Below are positions 1 to 13,165 of a stretch of 64,000 nt of DNA, one piece after another. Origin of the DNA: Dimorphilus gyrociliatus (taxonomy: Eukaryota > Animalia > Annelida); the NCBI GenBank assembly GCA_904063045.1, contig CAJFCJ010000007.1, forward strand, positions 1,112,819 through 1,176,818, in the 5' to 3' direction. The translations under genes were made by a program, and so were the position numbers. How positions within the stretch are numbered: the stretch's first letter is position 1; each line of letters begins with the position of its first letter. The notes below the pieces were generated by a model. That model was not told the origin of the DNA. It did no database searches and saw only the letters and a list, made by a program, of their open reading frames with translations.

Positions 1-145
1 AAAAGACTCGAAAAGAAAAAAAAGACACATTGTATAGCAGAGCACGGACAAAGACAGAATAAAAAATATTGATGATTTTTAAGTATATAAAACAATAAAA
101 GAAAAAGTTCTTTTTTTTTATTAACAGTCAAAGAAATATAAAAAC

Positions 146-2455
146 TTATTTCTTAGTTTTCTTCTCTTTTTTTACTTTTTTGGATTTTTTATGTTTTCTC
201 CTCCTTTCTTCCCTATCGACAGCAATTAGGCCTTGATGGTGTAATTGGCGGTGCATTTTATTAGCTTTATTGATATTATTAAAGAATATTTTGTCACTAT
301 TTGCATTTGGAAGTGGGGGTGCTAAGTCTTTCTCTGATGCTTTTAGCCTTAAGGTTCTTCTAACTGCTGTTGTACTGTCATATGAACTTTGGCTATCACT
401 ATCCGACGATTTCTTTCTAGGCGTTACTGGAATAAGACTTAAATTTGGGTTTTTACACAAGTCTAGTTTTACAGCACCAGTTCCGCTATATAATGACTTA
501 TCGACATTTGATGGAGAACTTTGTTGAGCTGATTTCCTTCTTTCAGACTCAAATACCGCTGCTTCTCTGGCGGCAGTAGCACTTCTTGTTGTTCGTCTAG
601 GAGGTAGCTGATTGCGTCTTCTACTACCATCTCTTAATTTATATGGCTCAGAATTATTCGAAATGGGGCTTTCAAAATTCTCTTCTATATTATTTTCATT
701 GGGGGGTGTGTCTTTCTTTTTAGGGCTGATTTGAATAGGTTGGATTGGAGACTCAGTTTTTATTTCGAATGGTTCATGATCGTACAGTATTGCAGCAGAT
801 TCTGTCAAAGGTAGCACTGGTTTTGAAGGCGTTTTAGGGAGAGATTCCACTACTTCTGGCTCTGATTCGGGGGATTGCTTGAGGGCAGCTAGCACATCAT
901 TAACTTCACAAGGATTCGGAGACGCCAGGGTGAATTGTTCACCCGCCTCCTCTCTTTCCTCTTTTGTATGAGTTGCGAAGTGAGCCTGTAGATCTTCTAA
1001 TGTCCAAAATCGCCTAGAGCACAAATTGCACTTATTCTGAATATGCTTATTGTGAATAAGTAAATGTTCGTGCAGATGGTGGGATCTGGCGAACTTTTTA
1101 TCACAGTGGGGACACTTCAATGCGTCATCCGAATGAATTTTCAAATGATTCTTTAGATCATAACGATGTCGATATTTTTTGCCGCAAACAGCGCATTGAT
1201 AATTTGCTCCTGTTTTATGAGTATCCATGTGACGCTTAAGGGCAGATGGTCTTAGGAACTCTTTGTTGCACTCTGCACAAGTGTATAATTTCTTTGGTTT
1301 AGATTCACGTTTTTTCGTCTCGTCTCCACCTTCTTGATGACGTAACATGTGTTTGTCCAACGAACGATTAGTCTTGAAAATCTTCTTACAAACGGGACAC
1401 GATGGTCGAGGAGTATTACTATGGTCATCCTGAACATGACGTCTAAGTGCCCTTTCATGTTTGTATTTATTTTTACATAATTTGCACGCATATCGCCTGA
1501 CATCTGAATGCGTATCCTCATGCTCCTTTAATTTATTCATGGAGACAAATTTTTTATGACAAACTGAACAAGTAGGAACCTCTTCACCTCTATGTAACTT
1601 AGAGTGAAAAGCAAGCGCCCTCTTCCTTCGAAATCTTTCTCCGCACTCTCCACATTCATAAATAGCTGCCGTATTGTGCACATCCATATGATAGGCCAAT
1701 AAAGACGGACTGGCAAATCTTTTATGGCATACGCTGCACGCATACACAGTTTTACCACCGTGTTCAACATGTTCGTGTGCTCTTAGTGATCTTTCGTGTT
1801 TATATTTCTTACCACACATTACGCAAGCAAATGCCGCTCGTGACGAATGGACGTGCATGTGGACAGCCAGTCGAGAGGCAATTAGAAATATTTTTCCACA
1901 TTTGGGACACCGATGACATCTCTCTCCCGTATGAATTCTTTCGTGCATGCGCATATACATTTTACTTTTGAAACGCTTTCGACAGTGTCTGCACTCAAAC
2001 TCTGGAATACTGGAATGACTGGCTAAATGAGTTCGAAGATAATTAGTAGTTGTGAAAACACCTCTACAAACTGGGCACGTATGTAACCCAATACCCGTGT
2101 GCAATTTCATGTGCTGGGTATGAGAAGTCTTTTGTCGAAACGACTTGCCACATTCTCTGCACTTATAGCGGGGAGTCGACGCGTGTGTGTCCATATGCCT
2201 AGATAAAAGGGAGGGCGTTGTACATTTTCGTCCACATATTTTACACACGTGTAACCCAATATTACGGTGCATTTTCATGTGTCCAACAAGGTTGCTTTGC
2301 CATCTATAAACTCTTTTACAAATTTTGCACTTGTACTGGGCTTCACCATGCTTACATTGGTGTCTTTCCAAACTGCTAGCTGATTTAAAACTCACATCAC
2401 AGACTTCGCACCAGTGTAACTTAGAAGCACGTTGCGACTTGTCGAATTCTTCCAT
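146..2455 (-). CDS. Multi-C2H2 zinc-finger protein (17 fingers, 769 aa, apparently single exon)
   Basis: 769-aa ORF with 17 CxxC-x12-H-x3/4-H motifs (e.g. CRECGKSFRQKTSHTQHMKLH, one canonical HTGE linker). These are followed by a Ser/Pro-rich low-complexity region and a Lys/Arg-rich C-terminal tail (NLS-like). No orthologue recognised. Confidence 0.9.
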   Translation of the reverse strand: MEEFDKSQRASKLHWCEVCDVSFKSASSLERHQCKHGEAQYKCKICKRVYRWQSNLVGHMKMHRNIGLHVCKICGRKCTTPSLLSRHMDTHASTPRYKCRECGKSFRQKTSHTQHMKLHTGIGLHTCPVCRGVFTTTNYLRTHLASHSSIPEFECRHCRKRFKSKMYMRMHERIHTGERCHRCPKCGKIFLIASRLAVHMHVHSSRAAFACVMCGKKYKHERSLRAHEHVEHGGKTVYACSVCHKRFASPSLLAYHMDVHNTAAIYECGECGERFRRKRALAFHSKLHRGEEVPTCSVCHKKFVSMNKLKEHEDTHSDVRRYACKLCKNKYKHERALRRHVQDDHSNTPRPSCPVCKKIFKTNRSLDKHMLRHQEGGDETKKRESKPKKLYTCAECNKEFLRPSALKRHMDTHKTGANYQCAVCGKKYRHRYDLKNHLKIHSDDALKCPHCDKKFARSHHLHEHLLIHNKHIQNKCNLCSRRFWTLEDLQAHFATHTKEEREEAGEQFTLASPNPCEVNDVLAALKQSPESEPEVVESLPKTPSKPVLPLTESAAILYDHEPFEIKTESPIQPIQISPKKKDTPPNENNIEENFESPISNNSEPYKLRDGSRRRNQLPPRRTTRSATAAREAAVFESERRKSAQQSSPSNVDKSLYSGTGAVKLDLCKNPNLSLIPVTPRKKSSDSDSQSSYDSTTAVRRTLRLKASEKDLAPPLPNANSDKIFFNNINKANKMHRQLHHQGLIAVDREERRRKHKKSKKVKKEKKTKK

Positions 2456-3317
2456 CTTTCCGTCTAATTCTGCGTTCTATTATAAGATTATAATTTAGTT
2501 ATCGAAGTAACGATAGGCCTATGAATAATAATGCATGGCAGACAAAACTGACTGCGCGTACATCAAAATGATGCTTTCCATATTATCGCTCAAAGAAGTT
2601 ATAAACATTAATCCGTTGTGTGGTACCAAAAAGACGATATAAATCACATAATTTTATGCAATTAACAAACCTTGTTTTAGCAATCATATTTTCCAAGAAA
2701 GCATCTCAGGTGTGTGTCAGGTAAGAATTTCTTGAAATTATGCTTTGATGTATTCGACTAGAAAATTTCTCTCTCAGTTAAAATATCTTTCATACCAGTT
2801 TTCATGGCAAAAAAGGCGGGCAATATGGAGTGTCGGAAACTGTTCAAAACATATAAAATTTAATTTCAACTGAACACAATAGCTTAAAAACAATAAATTA
2901 TTTGAGAATGGAGTAACCCAATATATGCTTTTTTCCTCGATATAGTTTGTCATAAAAAAATCATCTTTTCTATACATTAAACTTATGTAGCTTACGAAAC
3001 AAAAGCAGTTAAGATACTATGTATTTTATTCATACTAAAATAAATACGTAAATTATGCTATTCACAAATAAAAACAACAAATATTACTAAAAGTCAGAAA
3101 ACATGTTCATACAGTAAAACAGTCAATATAAAGATAGCGAAAAGACCTTAATACTAAATGTTGGAGAACGAAGCAAATCAGTCAATGTCGTAAAAGACAA
3201 TGACTTCTCGGACAGAGGGAGGATAGAAAGGTAAAAAAAAGAAGTAAAAAAAAAAGTAAAAATATGTCTTCTATCTGTTTACAACGATTGTTCAATATAT
3301 AATTTATAGTATAGTGA

Positions 3318-4261
3318 AATGCAGGTAAAAACAAAATTTTTTCGATACTGTACAATATGTAATATTAAAAGTAAATTAGGTAAAGCACCAACTAAAACTT
3401 TTCACTTCTGAGCCGATTGATGAGTGTAAAGCTTATAGTATTTCCCCTGTTTATTCATCAATTCAGAATGAGTACCAAGTTCAACGACTTTTCCAAGATG
3501 AATAACAGCTATCTGATCGGCATTATGAATTGTTGATAACCTATGTGCAATAACTATGGAAGTTCGTCCAATCTGCGCTTTGTCCAAGGCTTCTTGAACA
3601 ACTCTCTCACTTTCTGTATCGAGAGCCGATGTCGCTTCGTCCAACAGTCTGTTTAAATATAGAAAACACATTGTTAAAGATTTGCTTTTTAGAATCAATT
3701 CATTCTATTTATACTTACAATATCTTAGGATTTTTCACCATTGCTCTAGCTATAGCAACTCTTTGTTTCTGTCCACCGCTTAATTGTGTTCCTTTATCTC
3801 CCACGCGAGTTTCATAACCATCCGGTAAATTTGATATGAAATCATGAATATTCGCATCTTTAGCCGCTTTTATAATTTCGTCCATAGAAACTTGTCTTGA
3901 ATTGTCTCCATAAGCGATATTGTCAGCAATTGAACGATCAAACAAGATGGGTTCTTGTTGTACAATTCCAATTTGAGATCTTAGCCATTGAACATTCATT
4001 TTATCGATAGAATGTTCGTCCAAAGTGATAAGTCCGCTCAACGGATTATAGAATCGTTCTAGAAGAGAAATGGCTGTGCTTTTTCCGCAGCCGCTTGTAC
4101 CGACCAAGGCAAGAGTTTCACCTTTGTTCGCTTTGAGTGTGAGACCTCTTAAAACGGGAACGTCAGGTCTGCTGGGATATCTGAATGTGACATCAGAGAA
4201 AGATACATCTCCCGAAACTTGAGGAAGAACTTCCCCTTCTTCGGAGAAGGAGTCAATTTCC
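3318..4261. repeat. Near-identical tract shared with 9103-10046 (NBD2 + intron + ~84 bp of 3' UTR)
   Basis: Constant offset of 5785 bp. Only a handful of substitutions were seen by eye (e.g. TRV/TSV, DEH/DKH, THQ/TRQ); the intron and 3' flank match. Confidence 0.9.
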
Positions 4262-7200
4262 AGTTCACTATCAAACAATTTAAACAATCTATTTGCCGCC
4301 GCTTTACCTTTACCATAATCAGGTGCCATTGAATTTGCCTGACCGGCTCCCAAAGACGAGAAAACAACAGCTCCAAATACTATAAACATGTCACCATAAT
4401 TCAATTCATCTTTATCGATTAAATATCCCCCTAATACAAAACAGACGGCATATGCAAAGAACATAGAAGAGCTGGTAAAAGCTATGACTGTGGAAGCAAA
4501 CAAATCTTTGGGAAAGCTCTGCTTATAAGAAATTTTAAGAAAGTCATGATATCTTTTATAAAAGTCTCTTTCTTTCGAAAGTTGAGCTACTGTTCGCATA
4601 TTAGTTATAGTTTCCACAGCCAGTTCTCCACTTTCATCATGCATTGATTGATCTTTTATTTGTTGTCTGTTACTTAATTTGACTTGAATCGCTCCACCCA
4701 CAATACTTATGGGTACAAATATAAAAAGTGCCAAAGTCAGTTTCCAAGAATAAACAAACGCTATAACGATGCCTACAATCATAGTTGAGAAAGCCTGTAT
4801 CAAAGAACCTATTCTGGATCCAGTGACTCCTCGAACTGCTGAAGCATCAGTGCCAAGTTGTGTTGTTAAAGCCCCAACAGCATGATTTGGGTTATCAAAG
4901 TAAGCAATCTCTTTTCTCATTAATTTTTCAAAAGCCATTTTTCGAATACGTTTCGTTAGTGCTGATCCTGATTTTCCAAAAGAGAAGTTTTGTATAGTAT
5001 TTAAAATACCCATAACGATTCCAATTCCCACTAAACCTAAAGAATAAAAATTAATTTTTCGTCTCTGTTCGTCTATATCTGATAAAGCAAACACTCCTAG
5101 AATTTCTCCAAGAATGAAAGAGAAAGCAGGTTGTATCCCTCCATTAATTACAGCCGCAAACGTTCCCGCAACAATCCATTTCCATTCTTTACCATTTAAT
5201 TTCATAACTCTGCTGAAAGGCCCTTCAGCTACTTTCTCAGATTCTTTCTTCGTTTTGAAACTTTCCTTTACATTAACGTTATTAGAAAATTGCGATAAAG
5301 TTTTTCCCAATTTGTTTTTTTCATTTTCGAACTCTACTTTGGAAACCGATGAAGCCAGTTCATCATTGTCATCATCATCATCATCATCATCATCATCAAC
5401 TTCTTTTGCACTTTGAGATGTTACTAGATGATGGTAAACTCCTCCTTGAATCTTCATTAAATCGTCATGGGCTCCTTCTTCAATCTTCTTTCCTTCTTTA
5501 AATCCAACAATTTTATCTGCAGTTCGAACAGTACTCAGTCGATGAGCAACAACGATTGTTGTTCGTCCTCTTCTCGCCTCATCCAGTGCTTCTTGAACTA
5601 TACCTTCGCTTTCTGTATCCAATGCTGATGTCGCCTCATCCAAAAGTAATATTTTTGGATTTCGAACCAAAGCTCTAGCAATAGCGATTCTTTGTTTTTG
5701 TCCTCCACTCAGCTGGGCTCCTCTTTCTCCTACCAAAGTGTTGAATTGATCAGGTAGTTGCATGATGAAGTTGTAAGCGTTAGCAGATTTCGCAGCCTCA
5801 TGAATTTCATCTAAAGAAACTCCTTCTCTTCCATATCGAATATTCTCTTCAATTGTTGTTGCGAAGAGAACAGGTTCTTGTGAAACAACACCAATGCTTT
5901 GCCTTAGCCATTCAACATTCAGTTCTCGTATATCTTTTCCATCAATGGTTACTTTTCCCTGTAATGGATCATAAAATCGTTGTAAAAGTTGTATAGTTGT
6001 AGACTTTCCACATCCGGATGAACCAACGAGAGCAACCGTTTCGCCTGGAGTTATATCTAGATTCAGACCATTCAGAATGGGAACATCGGGACGAGAAGGA
6101 TATTTAAACCATATATTTTCAAACGTAACTCTTCCAACAATGCGAGCTGGTCTTTCACCTGCGGTTGACGAACTATCAATAGGAGGAATGGTATCAATAA
6201 TCTTATAGATAACATAAGCCGCGCCCTTGGCACCACTGAAATTTTGTAATCCAGGAGCGATTTGTCCAACAGAGAAGACTCCGAACATTATGGCATAGAG
6301 AACTGTCAACATGTCCCCAACAGTATATTCATTGTTATGTACTAGTTTTGATCCATACCAAAAAGCTAGCGCGTAACCACCAAATATAATCATAAATAAA
6401 GCTCCCATGAATACACCAAATAGAATGGATTTTTTTACATCAAGATGTTCTGCCTCTGATAAATTTTCATTATAACGTTTACATTCTTTTTTACCGCCAT
6501 TGAAAGCCATAACAGTTCGAATGGCTGATAGGACCTCTTCTGCAACTGATCCTGATTTAGCATAGGCGTCTAACTCTCTTTTCGTTAACTTTCCCAGATA
6601 TCCTCCCAAAATACTGCCAGTGATTACCATTAATGGAATACATGATAAAATTACCAGTGCTAATTTCCATCCTTTAATAAATGCTATAATGAAACCAAGA
6701 ATCAATGTCGTTGCTTGTTGAAGAGAGAGTGCCAAACTGCTCCCTAAACCGTCTTGTATAACATTTACATCCTCCGTTAATCTTGTATTAATTTCACCGA
6801 TTTCTTGAGTATCAAACCATCCCATATTTTGTTTTAGGATTGATTTGAATAGAAGATTTCGAATTTTAAAACTTTGCCTTTGTGAAGTGGCTTTCCAGCT
6901 GAAGTTTTGAATGGTACCGATTATAAATATAGCCAAAGCAATTATTGCGTAATATGAAGAATATTTTCTCATATCATCCAATAAATTTTCGTGTGCATTT
7001 TTGTAAGTGTTGTACTGAGTAGTTAGATTTTCCCTGCCAATTATATGATGGAGTATTGTTTTATTGTTCAAAGCTTCATCTTTCGTTACATTATACTTGT
7101 TGTAGTCAAGATCGTTGAGTAGAGATTTATATCTACCACTGTTGACAAAACCATCTGTAGCTTTTCCCATAATAAACAAAACACCAGGAAGTCCTGCTCC

Positions 7201-7398
7201 ATGAATTATTGCACATACCAAACCAAGCATCATTAGTGCAATATCGCTACAATTACTGTATCGTAATAGTCCGAAGGTAGAAACGGTTTCTGGAAGTTTG
7301 TCTTTTGGTTTTTCTTCTTTTTTTTCCACATCTATCTTTTCGTTCTCTTCACTACACTCATTGTTCGTTATGGAATATATCTTTTTCTTCATCTTCAT
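3402..7398 (-). CDS. ABCB1: ABCB1/P-glycoprotein-type full ABC transporter, copy A (exons 7398-3719 and 3648-3402; 70-bp intron; ~1308 aa)
   Basis: TMD-NBD-TMD-NBD layout. Walker [10 protein letters not shown] and [10 protein letters not shown]-loops [22 protein letters not shown] signature twice, [11 protein letters not shown], and H-loop AHRLST are present. The GTAAGT...CAG intron at 3718-3649 restores KILLLDEA and joins the separate 3402-3698 ORF. Confidence 0.95.
5330..6180. repeat. Near-identical tract shared with ~11103-11947 (NBD1 and start of linker)
   Basis: Nucleotide sequence is essentially identical from IDSSST(A/E)GERP to [11 protein letters not shown]. The main difference is a (GAT)n poly-Asp length change (10 vs 5 Asp). 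Confidence 0.9.
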
Positions 7399-7514
7399 AT
7401 TTCTACCAAACTCAATGAGTTAGCTTTCAGAGATGTCACAAGTTTATAAGAATTTTCATTTTCCCTCTTGTTTTTATTTGCTGATCGACGAATCAGAATT
7501 CTCGTTTTAAATAT

Positions 7515-8090
7515 TAACCAGTCAGAATACGTTTATATTTAGATGAGATTTCCCTTTGAACGGTTTCCCCGATAGATGTGGTACAACGGTGCCAGAGATT
7601 TCAGCCTATATTGTTAGCTTTTGCAACTGCAAGAAATTTATAATCATTTCGAGTAAAGAATTCTTAGGCCCAGCGATAAAATTATGTATTATACATCGTT
7701 TTTTTTATAAATATAGAGTACTAACTTTGTTTAAAATATTACGATATATTTTATTCTCAATGATAATCAAAATGTTTACTTTTTTAACATTTTGTACATT
7801 GACCAATGAGGAAACGATAAAATTTCGAAAGTTCTTATTATTTTCAACGTCGAAAAATATCCATGCGAATATTTTCATCAATTTTTATTTGCTTACTTTT
7901 ATTAATAGAAAGGTCTATGATCTATATGAATGTTTTATTTACACATTGTACTTTTAAGGATGGCAGTAAAGGAGCAAAATTGTATATGGAAAACTAACCA
8001 ATAAGATTTCGTATATATTTAGATGGGATTTCCATTTGAACGGTATCCCCAGAGAATGTGTTACAATGGTGTCAGCAATGAAAGCCTATA
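7515..8090. promoter_or_regulatory. Duplicated ~96-bp promoter module upstream of ABCB copy A (7515-7610 and 7995-8090)
   Basis: Direct repeat at 480-bp offset, 75/96 identical by manual alignment. Contains a CCAAT(-like) box and paired kappaB-like sites (GAGATTTCCC/GGGATTTCC and CGGTTTCCCC/CGGTATCCCC). Confidence 0.55.
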
Positions 8091-9186
8091 TAGCTAACAA
8101 GAGAACCAGCAAAAGTTATTGACATCCACATTGTTTTTAGGCCTACCAATGTTTTAAACATATGACAAATTGCAACATTTGTTTGAATTTGATGTTCTAA
8201 TACTTTTAATTTGATATATTGTATATTATTTTATAAATGTAGACATTATTCACGTGTTCTGTCATTTTTGTAGACTAAAACTTTGACTCTCAAACCGAAT
8301 GACGTGGTATCAAAATTCTACTGTTTTTACAAAGTTAACAGAAGATTTGTCAGAGAATATAGATAAAAGATTAATAACTAATTCATATGTCTACTGTATT
8401 AGCAAAAAGAGATGTACAAAAAAAGAGATATGCCATAATCATGTATGGAAGAATTCTACCATAAGCTTCTATAACTATTGAATTAACAATTTCACATATT
8501 TTCTAAAACAACTCTATATGATATGATTTTAGATTTCTCATTCTTTTCTTCTGGGGTCATTCTTTCCCTATCTTCGCACAGTTATTTGCTCAATATCTTA
8601 TGGTATCTTTTGAAAGATTTTTCTTTCGGAACGTTCACATTTAATAAGGAAACGCTTGAACCACAGGAGCATTTGTCAATTGCCAATATGAATAATTTAA
8701 ATGTTTAGATATTCGATAGTTCTTTAACTTTATTAGTTTAACTTGTTTGGGAAACTCTACAATTTCGACCAAGATTTAACCTTCGAAATAATTATAAATC
8801 AATATTAAGCATAGTGTCTGTTCATACTAATATATTGTTCAGATTTACTCCGCCAGTTGTAAATGAAATGCATATAACTACAACTCTGTTTCGTTTCTCA
8901 TCTCAGCAAATAGATACACGCTGCATAGGCTTTGAATGGTTTAATAGATTGTCGAATTCTATCATATTGAAAATTTTCAACAACAAAATTCCATTTTCAT
9001 AAATACTGTCCGAGATTTTTCATATTTATTTTCAAAAGAGACAAATAATTATTGGAATAAAAAATGTCAAATGGACTACGTAATATTAGAAAACACAAAC
9101 AGAATGCAGGTAAAAACAAAATTTTTTCGATACTGTACAATATGTAATATTAAAAGTAAATTAGGTAAAGCACCAACTAAAATTTT

Positions 9187-12100
9187 TCACTTCTGAGCCG
9201 ATTGACGAGTATAAAGCTTATAGTATTTCCCCTGTTTATTCATCAATTCAGAATGAGTACCAAGTTCAACGACTTTTCCAAGATGAATAACAGCTATCTG
9301 ATCGGCATTATGAATTGTTGATAACCTATGTGCAATAACTATGGAAGTTCGTCCAATCTGCGCTTTGTCCAAGGCTTCTTGAACAACTCTCTCACTTTCT
9401 GTATCGAGAGCCGATGTCGCTTCGTCTAACAGTCTGTTTAAATATAGAAAACACATTGTTAAAGATTTGCTTTTTAGAATCAATTCATTCTATTTATACT
9501 TACAATATCTTAGGATTTTTCACCATTGCTCTAGCTATAGCAACTCTTTGTTTCTGTCCACCGCTTAATTGTGTTCCTTTATCTCCCACGCTAGTTTCAT
9601 AACCATCCGGTAAATTTGATATGAAATCATGAATATTCGCATCTTTAGCCGCTTTTATAATTTCGTCCATAGAAACTTGTCTTGAATTGTCTCCATAAGC
9701 GATATTGTCAGCAATTGAACGATCAAACAAGATGGGTTCTTGTTGTACAATTCCAATTTGAGATCTTAGCCATTGAACATTCATTTTATCGATAGAATGT
9801 TTGTCCAAAGTGATAAGTCCGCTCAACGGATTATAGAATCGTTCTAGAAGAGAAACAGTTGTGCTTTTTCCGCAGCCGCTTGTACCGACCAAGGCAAGAG
9901 TTTCACCTTTGTTCGCTTTGAGTGTGAGACCTCTTAAAACGGGAACGTCAGGTCTGCTGGGATATCTGAATGTGACATCAGAGAAAGATACATCTCCCGA
10001 AACTTGAGGAAGAACTTCCCCTTCTTCGGAGAAGGAGTCAATTTCCGGTTCCCTGTCCAATAAATAGAAAATTCTGTTTGCTGCAGATTTTCCTTTACCA
10101 TAATCGGGAGCGAAAGAGTTAGCTTGTCCGAGAGCCATGGCTGAGAAAACTACTGCACCAAACACTCTAAACATATCTGCAAATTCTAACCCATCATTTT
10201 TGATTAAGTAAGCTCCTAATGAAAAACAGGCAGCGTAGGCGAAAAAGATAACTGACTGCGAAAAGGCAAATGAAGCTCCAATAATAATACCCTTCCACAT
10301 ATTCTGACGATGGGTTATATATAGAGTATCGTGATATAGCTTTGAAAAAGCTTTTTCCTTTGTCAATTGAGCAACTGTTCTCATATTCTCAATACTCTCT
10401 ACAGCAATTTTTCCTGCATCCTCCAAGGACTTTTGATTTGTTCCGGCTTGTCCACCCATCATTTTCATTTGTAAAGCACCGGCCATAATGATGAAAGGTA
10501 TGAAAGCCAAGATGCCCAAAGTAAGTTTCCATGAATATATGAAAGCAATAACAAGACCAGTTCCCAAAGATGAGAGCGTTTGAAACATAGTTCCTAGTCT
10601 TACTCCAGATACTCCTTGGACTGCTGATGCATCAGATGCAAGTTGGGTAGTTAATGCACCAACACTATGATCACTATCATCAAAATAAGCCATTTCTTGC
10701 CTCATTAAAGCTTTAAAAGTCAGATCTCGTAGCTTTCTTGTCAACGCTTCTCCTGATTTACTGAAAAAAAATGCTTGAGCGAACATGGACAATGCTGCTC
10801 CTGCACCGACAGCCAAAAACAACATAGAATACAGCAGTGTTTTTCTCTTCTGTTCATCTATATCTTTAATGGCAAAAACCCCCAATATTTCGGCAAACAA
10901 AACTGCAAAGCATGGTTGAACAGCTCCATTAACTAAGGCAGCAAAACATCCACAAAGAATCCAAACCCATTCTGGGGCATTTAACTTGTAAACTCTACTC
11001 AATGCAACTTCTGGTACATCTGCCTTTTTAGCTTCTTCTGGAGCAGCTGAGTCGGATCTTTTAACTGATGATAGTGAGAATGTTCTTCCCAATTTATTTT
11101 TATCGTTTTCAAACTCTACTTTGGAAACCGATGAAGCCAGTTCATCATTGTCGTCATCATCATCAACTTCTTTTGCACTTTGAGATGTTACTAGATGATG
11201 GTAAACTCCTCCTTGAATCTTCATTAAATCGTCATGGGCTCCTTCTTCAATCTTCTTTCCTTCTTTAAATCCAACAATTTTATCTGCAGTTCGAACAGTA
11301 CTCAGTCGATGAGCAACAACGATTGTTGTTCGTCCTCTTCTCGCCTCATCCAGTGCTTCTTGAACTATACCTTCGCTTTCTGTATCCAATGCTGATGTCG
11401 CCTCATCCAAAAGTAATATTTTTGGATTTCGAACCAAAGCTCTAGCAATAGCGATTCTTTGTTTTTGTCCTCCACTCAGCTGGGCTCCTCTTTCTCCTAC
11501 CAAAGTGTTGAATTGATCAGGTAGTTGCATGATGAAGTTGTAAGCGTTAGCAGATTTCGCAGCCTCATGAATTTCATCTAAAGAAACTCCTTCTCTTCCA
11601 TATCGAATATTCTCTTCAATTGTTGTTGCGAAGAGAACAGGTTCTTGTGAAACAACACCAATGCTTTGCCTTAGCCATTCAACATTCAGTTCTCGTATAT
11701 CTTTTCCATCAATGGTTACTTTTCCCTGTAATGGATCATAAAATCGTTGTAAAAGTTGTATAGTTGTAGACTTTCCACATCCGGATGAACCAACGAGAGC
11801 AACCGTTTCGCCTGGAGTTATATCTAGATTCAGACCATTCAGAATGGGAACATCGGGACGAGAAGGATATTTAAACCATATATTTTCAAACGTAACTCTT
11901 CCAACAATGCGAGCTGGTCTTTCACCTTCGGTTGACGAACTATCAATTGGAGGTATATTGTCAATGATGTCATAGACAACATATGCTGCACCTTTTGCTG
12001 TTTGTAAGTGTGTCAAATTAGGAAAAGCGTTTCCAATAGCAAAGGCGGCAAAGACGACTGAGAAAAACACGATAAGCATGTCTCCGACTGTATAATCACT

Positions 12101-13165
12101 CTCTCTGACCAGTTTGGAACCATACCAGAAAGCCAAGGCATATGATCCAAAGATGAAAAAGAAAACCATTCCCATAGACAAGCCCGAGACAAAGCCTCTT
12201 TTCACACCAAAATTTTGAGCATCTGTTAGGTTTCCATTGTATCGTTCACATTCTTTTTTACCGCCATTGAAAGCTGTTACAGTACGAATTGCAGTTAATA
12301 CTTCTTCGGCAACTGCTCCCGCTTTTGCGTATGCTGACAACTCTTTTTGGGTCATACTGCTTGTTAATTTTCCCATGATTACACCAGATAAAACCAGGAA
12401 AGGGCTAACAGATAAGATAACTAATGTCAATTTCCAACCGAAAACAAATCCCAATATGAAACCTGTAAGAAATGTGGAAAACCACTGTAGAAATTGACCC
12501 AATTTATCACCAATGCCAGCCTGTATTTTTGTGACATCATCGGCCAATCTAGTATTCAGCTCTCCAACTTCGTGAGTATCGAACCAGCCAATATCCTGTC
12601 TAAGAATGGACTTTAACAGCAGATTACGGATTCTGAAAGCTTGTCTTTCGCACGCTGTCATCCATCCGGCTTGTTGAAGAGAGGCAAAAACCATTACTCC
12701 GCAGCCTATGGCAACATAGTAGATAGCAAACTTTTCCATTTCATCCAGTAATTTTTCGTCCGCTTCTTTAAATTTGTTGTATTGAGAGGTGAGGTTCTCT
12801 GCTTTAGCAATATTTTTGAGTGCAGTTTCATTTTTCCAGGCGTCTTCTTTTGTTGTACGATATTTGGAAAAATCGACTTCATCAAACAAGGTCTTAAACT
12901 TGCCACTGTCAACAAATATATCAACCATACTACCAAAAACAAGCATAAGGCAAGGTAGGGCTGCTCCATGAATAAGTGCTGCTATTGTAGCAATTATCAT
13001 ACAAAAGTAATCTTTACAATCTGCAAATCTAAATACTTGAGCAACTGTTACTTCTTTAACAGGCTCATCCTTCTTTTTATCATCTTTCTCTTTTGGCTTT
13101 TTATCTTTGTGTTCACCATTCATTTTGCCATTCGTTGGAGTCACTTTGTATGATTTTTTGTCCAT
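9187..13165 (-). CDS. ABCB1: ABCB1/P-glycoprotein-type full ABC transporter, copy B (exons 13165-9504 and 9433-9187; 70-bp intron; ~1302 aa)
   Basis: Same domain layout and intact catalytic motifs as copy A. The intron lies at the identical position (9503-9434). Tandem paralog about 5.8 kb from copy A. Confidence 0.95.

Noticed and set aside
3402-3698. ORFs 3402-3698 and 9187-9483 as separate small genes
   Set aside because: They are the terminal exons of the two ABCB genes; their N-terminal residues are intron translation.
8300-9050. Short ORFs between the ABCB paralogs that might be a gene remnant
   Set aside because: Stops in all frames, no recognisable motif, and no consistent splice model.
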